A DNA stretch of 64,000 nt from a virus: IMG/VR virus record IMGVR_UViG_3300036766_000185, positions 32,182-96,181 of that record; one strand, 5' to 3'. The translations under genes and the position numbers were made by a program. Shown in pieces: positions 59,004 to 64,000 of the stretch. Under the pieces are notes generated by a model. The model was not told the DNA's origin. It saw only the letters and a list, made by a program, of their open reading frames with translations, and made no database searches. The number at the start of each line of letters is the position of its first letter. The stretch's first letter is position 1.

Positions 59004-59198
59004 TTAGCGTATAGTTCTCACAGAGACGGTTCGACTAGGTTCTGATTGTTCCTTTATTGCATAATTTGCAGACTCGATCAGCGTGTAATACTGTTCCACC
59101 GTGAGATCTGATAATGATTCGGCTTCAAAAAGATTCATTCCGTAGGAGCGGGCCACATGAAGCCGAGTTAGGAACGTGGGGCTCCGTACGAGTTTTTT
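59004..59198 (-). CDS. Tail assembly chaperone -1 frameshift extension (gpGT-like)
   Basis: Slippery A AAA AAC at 59198-59192; the -1 frame stays open (LVRSPTFLTRLHVARSYGMNLFEAESLSDLTVEQYYTLIES...) to a TAA 1 nt before the tape measure ATG. Confidence 0.75.
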   Translation of the reverse strand, partial: KKLVRSPTFLTRLHVARSYGMNLFEAESLSDLTVEQYYTLIESANYAIKEQSEPSRTVSVRTIR

Positions 59199-59740
59199 CT
59201 TTCTTCCTCGGTTAGCACAAAGCTATCAGAATAGACTCTCGCTATCTCAAGCAAAACTCGATCATCAAGCAGAGCTACTTCCTCTTGTGTCTGAAAATAT
59301 CGCTCGCTTTGGCGGTCCTGTTTGCGAAGAGCAACATAGGCTGTTGCACAACGCTCAGCTTTAGCCATTAAAAAAAGCTGAACATCAAGGTCTAATTCCA
59401 TATCTCTAGCCTTAATACTCGTTTCCGCAACGACTCCCTGAACGATTAGAAGATCAGAGGTCTTAAGAGGCAAGAGAACTCCTCTTATTCGGTCTTGCTT
59501 AAGGCTAGCTACCTGTTGTTCAGCTTCAAGTAATGCGTTCTTAGTCTCTTCAGTTTGATCAGAGCTAGCTTTTTTAGTAGCTATCATCATTTCAATGCTC
59601 TCAATCATATTAAGATTTCTAGGAACGTCTACGAGAGCTAATTTTCTATTTAGTTTCTCTAATGCTCGATTGATGATCTCATTTCGCGAGACAGAGGCTA
59701 CTGCTTCACGCTTCTGCACTTCTGTTAATTCAGTCGCCAT
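59168..59740 (-). CDS. Tail assembly chaperone (gpG-like)
   Basis: Between tail tube and tape measure; ends with the slippery site (RKN). Confidence 0.75.
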   Translation of the reverse strand: MATELTEVQKREAVASVSRNEIINRALEKLNRKLALVDVPRNLNMIESIEMMIATKKASSDQTEETKNALLEAEQQVASLKQDRIRGVLLPLKTSDLLIVQGVVAETSIKARDMELDLDVQLFLMAKAERCATAYVALRKQDRQSERYFQTQEEVALLDDRVLLEIARVYSDSFVLTEEERKNSYGAPRS

Positions 59741-59803
59741 GTTCTTCTCGATGTTGTCTTATCCCATTATACTACACGTTGCCCAAATCCACTTACGCGG
59801 TGT

Positions 59804-59887
59804 AAAGAAAGAGTGGGCAGTCCAGAGTTTATCGTCGGGATGGCAAAAAACTCTGACTACGTGGGCATCGTTTTGACCGCCCACTCT
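59804..59887 (-). terminator. Branched stem-loop with U-tract after the tail tube gene
   Basis: AGAGTGGGCGGTC...GACTGCCCACTCT-TTCTTT enclosing an inner CAGAGTTT/AAACTCTG hairpin. Confidence 0.55.
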
Positions 59888-59905
59888 CAAACTTTGACTA
59901 GCCTA

Positions 59906-60646
59906 TTACGACGGAATATACACGCCGAAGACTTCCAGCACACTAGCGTCATCGAGAGCGGTATCTAGTGTAATGGTCGTCGATGTTATTGTAACTGAGT
60001 CAGGATCGGCTTCTTCACCATCAATTAGAACTAGAAGCGTGATTGGATTACTTTCAGCATCTACTGCTAATGCGATGCTGAACGTCCCAACGGTATCCGT
60101 CATAGTCAACTCAATATCCTCTTGGGAGTTGGGCGGATTGGCCTGTTCGTACGCCGTTGTAGCAGCAGTTACAAATCGATTGTACAAAATCGCTCCGCCT
60201 TTGACTCTGCGGACGTTCTGACCAGATCCATCCACCGTAATACGTGCTTCTTCTGCCACCGGCTCAGCCGATGCCATACCCTTAACACGCACCCCGTGGG
60301 CTAAAATCCCCTCAAAAATCACGCCAGCTTCGTTCGTAATATTCAGCATGGCATGAAACTTTTTGAGATTAGATGGATCATGCACCACAATAGTTGAAGC
60401 CGGATCAACGTCTTGAATAGTAGAATCCAACAGCTTACTGTCAGAGTCCAAAATGTCAAATCGAATGTCAGCCCCATTAAACGTGGAAATGGTCAACACG
60501 GCTTCGGTTCGACCCAACTCGTTAATCTTTCGCTCAGCGTACTGTGGTGTGTAGTCAAACGACTGCGCTAGCGGAATTCTCACAATACCATGTGAGTTGC
60601 TAATCAACTCTAATGTAGTTTTTGTTCCTTGCACAATATCTGGCAT
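59906..60646 (-). CDS. Major tail tube protein (putative)
   Basis: Position between tail terminator and chaperone; strong RBS; followed by a terminator-like structure. Confidence 0.65.
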   Translation of the reverse strand: MPDIVQGTKTTLELISNSHGIVRIPLAQSFDYTPQYAERKINELGRTEAVLTISTFNGADIRFDILDSDSKLLDSTIQDVDPASTIVVHDPSNLKKFHAMLNITNEAGVIFEGILAHGVRVKGMASAEPVAEEARITVDGSGQNVRRVKGGAILYNRFVTAATTAYEQANPPNSQEDIELTMTDTVGTFSIALAVDAESNPITLLVLIDGEEADPDSVTITSTTITLDTALDDASVLEVFGVYIPS

Positions 60647-60664
60647 CTTCTTTTATTCTCCTTT

Positions 60665-61303
60665 TTAGACTAATTCATCCCAGAACACTCTAACGAGCAT
60701 TCTGTACCTTTTGATGTTCTGATCTACCTGATCAACGATAAATCTCTCTGTGATAGAGTTTGGTGATCTATCGATTTTAATATACCCAATCAGCGGCGGA
60801 CTGTTCTGACTGTAATCTCTAAGTTCTATGGGACGAACAACTAGCTCGTGAATTGCCACATCGAACTCTCCCGCATTCATTAAAACGTACATTACTTGAT
60901 CTCGTAATTCTCGTACAACCTTCTCAGCATCTGACTTAGCTGCCGTATCTTTCGCCCAGCAATCTAGTTCTATTAGTGTCTGATTTCTAGACCCTTTAAT
61001 AGGAAGCCCTGTCGTTGAATCTATAGCTAGCACTCTTCCCAGTCCTCGTTCTCCTGGGGTAAATAACCCAACCTCGGATATTGAAATCGATGGAAACATT
61101 AGAGTAGTAATAGGGTATCCGAAGAAAAACCAGAAATCTTTTCCGCTTGGAAGAGTCTTTGAAATCCCGTCGTGTACCACCCCCTTGGGAAGTGTAACTA
61201 CGATATGGTGATTAAAGCTCGACATAAGAGCTTGCTTCCCAGAAGAACTAAGCATACTCTGAACAATATTGGTTTTGGAGTCGAGCGTATGAGAGGTGGC
61301 CAT
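60665..61303 (-). CDS. Putative tail terminator/completion protein
   Basis: FPSISI...IELDCWA...ELRDQV pattern and position. Confidence 0.55.
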   Translation of the reverse strand: MATSHTLDSKTNIVQSMLSSSGKQALMSSFNHHIVVTLPKGVVHDGISKTLPSGKDFWFFFGYPITTLMFPSISISEVGLFTPGERGLGRVLAIDSTTGLPIKGSRNQTLIELDCWAKDTAAKSDAEKVVRELRDQVMYVLMNAGEFDVAIHELVVRPIELRDYSQNSPPLIGYIKIDRSPNSITERFIVDQVDQNIKRYRMLVRVFWDELV

Positions 61304-61308
61304 TAGCT

Positions 61309-61890
61309 TTATGCCGTTGTATCAGTAATATCCTGAGACGGAACGATATCGTTAGCCTCTTGCATATCCTTGAACCATTTGTCAAATTCCGTCGCGAAGA
61401 TCGTTTCTGCTTTGTATCTGGCCAACTCAAGAAAGTTTCTGGGATGCATATGCGAAGTTCCCTCTTCTAGATAAAGCCCATGTGGAACTGCATTGTGAAT
61501 CGTAACATCGGTAGAAGTCGGAGCGTCATAAAAAGACATTCCTCGACCTTCTTGAACTCCTGCGTCTGTCAGATGATATTCTCTTCCTACAGCTTTTTCA
61601 GCTAGAGACGTATCGAATATCTGTCGTGAATAGTCAATTCGATGCGCATCCAGATAAGAGGTCCAACCGCCACGTAACTGACCCGTATCAATAGGAGTTA
61701 CACGAATCAGATACTTATGAGTCTCGAAGATAAATTTCGAAAAGAGATTCTTGTACTCGTCATCAAATTTCTTATCTAAATTAAGCCATTCGTTTAGCAC
61801 TTCAGGGTTTTCAATTTTCACGGAGATGCTTAGCGATTTAGAAGGCCCTGACGGCTCCTGAACTGCATCGAGACGAATCGTTTCTGGCAT
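61309..61890 (-). CDS. HK97 gp10-like neck protein
   Basis: TPIDTGQLRGGW...N.VPHG.YLEEGTSHM.PRNF. Confidence 0.75.
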   Translation of the reverse strand: MPETIRLDAVQEPSGPSKSLSISVKIENPEVLNEWLNLDKKFDDEYKNLFSKFIFETHKYLIRVTPIDTGQLRGGWTSYLDAHRIDYSRQIFDTSLAEKAVGREYHLTDAGVQEGRGMSFYDAPTSTDVTIHNAVPHGLYLEEGTSHMHPRNFLELARYKAETIFATEFDKWFKDMQEANDIVPSQDITDTTA

Positions 61891-62297
61891 TATTCGTCAG
61901 CCTTTCTCACCACGTAGCTGTAGAAATACGTATCTCCAACTAACACAGCAGGAGCACGTTTGCCGACAACTCTATATTCACTCTCTCTCCAGATCACTCG
62001 ATCTCCACCTGTCCCTGTGGTTGAAACGATCTCAGAAAGCTTCTCGGTTAACTGAATGGAAAGATCGCCTACTTGATAGAGACCCCCGCTATTCATGATA
62101 TCTTCTTGCTGTACATTCTCAATGATAGCCCTGGAAGGAGTCGTAGCATACGAGTAGGTAACTCCAATTCCCTGAGTTGGATCTCCTGCGGAAACGCCCG
62201 AAATTCGCTTGATTAACACGCTGTCGCCAGTCTCTAGACTGGACTCTGCACTCATGCGCTTTACCTGAGCGCGATCGGCATTTCTACCTCTAGGCAT
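61890..62297 (-). CDS. Putative head-closure protein
   Basis: Position; GGLYQVGDL...DRVIW...YRVV. Confidence 0.55.
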   Translation of the reverse strand: MPRGRNADRAQVKRMSAESSLETGDSVLIKRISGVSAGDPTQGIGVTYSYATTPSRAIIENVQQEDIMNSGGLYQVGDLSIQLTEKLSEIVSTTGTGGDRVIWRESEYRVVGKRAPAVLVGDTYFYSYVVRKADE

Positions 62298-62299
62298 TT

Positions 62300-62956
62300 T
62301 TACTCAAGACGATTGGTTGTATTGAAATTTCGAAGACTGTTAATCTCTTGCATTAACTGTGCTTCATTATCTTTTATAAGTAGGTCGAAGTGGCTTGGCA
62401 CTTGATCTTTCGAAATACTTCGACCTGCCACAGCAACGGCAAAATAGTCTTTCGTTTCGATCATGAGATTCTTCAAAACGTTCGAATATAGCCTCTTACA
62501 AATGACTGCCGTGTATTCTCCGGGAATGTTTTGTAGATCAATTCGACGATAGATTAGAGTCGCAATTTCCGCAACAGATTTTTCTAGGAGATTAGTAAGC
62601 ACAGTATCGTCTAAGGGATGATAAAAATAGTCTGCACGAATTACTCCTGACGGAGCAGAACCGAAGGTAATCTCTCCTTCTGTATGATTGATCGAGTAAT
62701 CGGTTCCCTCAATTAACAATGTCTCAATCCCTGTAGATGCGTCAATCTTTCTAATTCTAGGATAGGGAAACGTAAAGAGATTCTTAGCCTTTGCAGCATA
62801 TACTGTTGTTGAACTACCCTTGCGGTCTAAATCTTCGTCAATGATCTCTACAGAGAGACTAGATAAATAACTCTGCGTACAATCGGGAAGAAGATCGGAG
62901 ACCGCTTTAGCGATGGATGTATTTGAAGTTGTCTGTTTTGATTTAGTCGTTGCCAT
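62300..62956 (-). CDS. Putative head-tail adaptor
   Basis: Position; DYSINHTEGEITF..AP...I.ADY module plus a helical C-terminus. Confidence 0.5.
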   Translation of the reverse strand: MATTKSKQTTSNTSIAKAVSDLLPDCTQSYLSSLSVEIIDEDLDRKGSSTTVYAAKAKNLFTFPYPRIRKIDASTGIETLLIEGTDYSINHTEGEITFGSAPSGVIRADYFYHPLDDTVLTNLLEKSVAEIATLIYRRIDLQNIPGEYTAVICKRLYSNVLKNLMIETKDYFAVAVAGRSISKDQVPSHFDLLIKDNEAQLMQEINSLRNFNTTNRLE

Positions 62957-62964
62957 TTTGCCTC

Positions 62965-64000
62965 TTAATCAAACAATGCAAACATTTTATATTTCAGAGT
63001 CGCGTCAACATCTGAAGTCAACTGTGCAACTTCCATCCCTACAGTATCGGCACTAGCCCCATTGTACAGATCGGTTCTTTCCTGAGAGGTTAGCACTCGT
63101 TTCCAGAAACCTACTTCATCAATGCGTCCGTCCCAAAAGCGGCTTATTCCACCAAAAGTTAATGCTCCAATTAAAAATGCTGTTGTCGAATCATCCGAGC
63201 CTACCGTCACACTAGAAACCGTATAAACTGTTCCGTTGTCTACTTGTAGATTAATGGTATCAGCAGTTGCATCGCGCCAAACTACGACAAAATACCACGT
63301 TCCTGTCGCGGTAGTTAATGCTTGGTCGATACTATACGACCCACCGCCACTCTTTTTCTGTAGAAAGTTCCAAACATACGTTCCGCTAGATTCATACACT
63401 CCAAGAAACCACTCTTGGTCTGCGGTAGCGTCTCCGTATTTACCTGCGATAGTTTGGAGAGCGCCCCCCGTTGGTAGACTGTCGAAATATACCCATGCAC
63501 AAAAGGCAAAATCTATGTCTCCTGTGCTTAAATCGGCATCATCGGCTCGGCTAAGATATTCAGAATTTGCCGCTGTAAATTGTCCAGCGTTGTCGATCTT
63601 TCCTGCTGCCTGCGTTACAGTATTGTTATCAGTGAGATTCTCCGCGCTAATTGAATCAATTCTAGTTCCTGATGCTTCGTTTAGATTCCATTGAGCGATC
63701 AAGCGATCACCTAGATTGCCGCTAGTGTCTTGGTTAAATCTTGATTTGATGGTTGTTCCGTTTCCACTGTTGTAGAGGTCTGTTCGCTCTTGTGCTGTAA
63801 GCACTCGTTTCCAGAAACCTACTTCGTCAATACGACCATCAAAATATAAGAAGGCTGTGCCATTTCTACGACCAATCTCAAAGGGAACTGTGCTAGTTGC
63901 CACTCCCACACTATGAGCGGCTGTGTCTGTAGCACCGTTGTTGACTGAAATCCCAATCAGATCGTTTACGGAATCGTGATAGACAGCAATAAAGTACCAA
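62965..64000 (-). CDS. LamG/concanavalin A-like tandem-domain virion protein (N-terminus off the window)
   Basis: Two GRIDEVGFWKRVLT.QERTDLYN repeats; the frame is open to the window end (WYFIAVYHDSVND...). Confidence 0.85.
   Translation of the reverse strand, partial: WYFIAVYHDSVNDLIGISVNNGATDTAAHSVGVATSTVPFEIGRRNGTAFLYFDGRIDEVGFWKRVLTAQERTDLYNSGNGTTIKSRFNQDTSGNLGDRLIAQWNLNEASGTRIDSISAENLTDNNTVTQAAGKIDNAGQFTAANSEYLSRADDADLSTGDIDFAFCAWVYFDSLPTGGALQTIAGKYGDATADQEWFLGVYESSGTYVWNFLQKKSGGGSYSIDQALTTATGTWYFVVVWRDATADTINLQVDNGTVYTVSSVTVGSDDSTTAFLIGALTFGGISRFWDGRIDEVGFWKRVLTSQERTDLYNGASADTVGMEVAQLTSDVDATLKYKMFALFD

Noticed and set aside
640-63694. Numerous + strand ORFs in the ORF track
   Set aside because: They are antisense shadows of well-supported minus-strand genes, are Ser/Ile/Phe-rich and show no recognisable motifs
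63060-63840. DNA-level direct repeat in the LamG gene as a possible diversity-generating retroelement TR/VR pair
   Set aside because: Differences are mostly synonymous rather than adenine-specific, both copies are in-frame domains, and no reverse transcriptase is present in the window
1-64000. Stop-codon reassignment suggested by abundant TAG/CTAG
   Set aside because: Conserved genes are full length under the standard code, coding density is high, TAG terminates genes such as recA and def, and no suppressor tRNA was seen

Overview
This window is a 64-kb segment of a tailed dsDNA phage genome (Caudoviricetes). Essentially every credible gene is on the minus strand, so it reads right to left. 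It opens with virion genes (LamG protein, head-tail connectors, tail tube, frameshifted chaperone, tape measure, hub, BNR-propeller and baseplate-like proteins; 64-46 kb). A promoter-dense putative early region follows (45.5-39 kb) with DNA ligase, a DUF932-like protein, HNH proteins, tRNA-Ile(UAU), tRNA-Arg(UCU) and a PilX-like pilin. Next is a base-modification and replication block (38.5-23 kb): an ABC-ATPase/GNAT fusion translationally coupled to a PurZ0-like synthetase, Cas4-like nuclease, primase-helicase, UDG-PolA fusion, two SSBs, DUF5664, RuvC, LAGLIDADG and RecA. Accessory genes come next (peptide deformylase, SbcCD, RNA ligase, several peptidases, MgtC, AAA ATPase), then the terminase and a partial papain-like protease at the left edge. 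No integrase, portal, major capsid, tail sheath or clear endolysin was recognised in the window. The most notable signals are (1) a candidate purine-modification system combining PurZ0, an ABC-GNAT acyltransferase and a PolA with a remodelled dNTP pocket, and (2) a layered regulatory architecture of about 11 repeated sigma70-type promoters with an embedded operator, plus two Pho-box-like (11-bp period CTTACA) promoters, one of them antisense to the tRNAs. All assignments come from motif recognition by eye; no searches were run.
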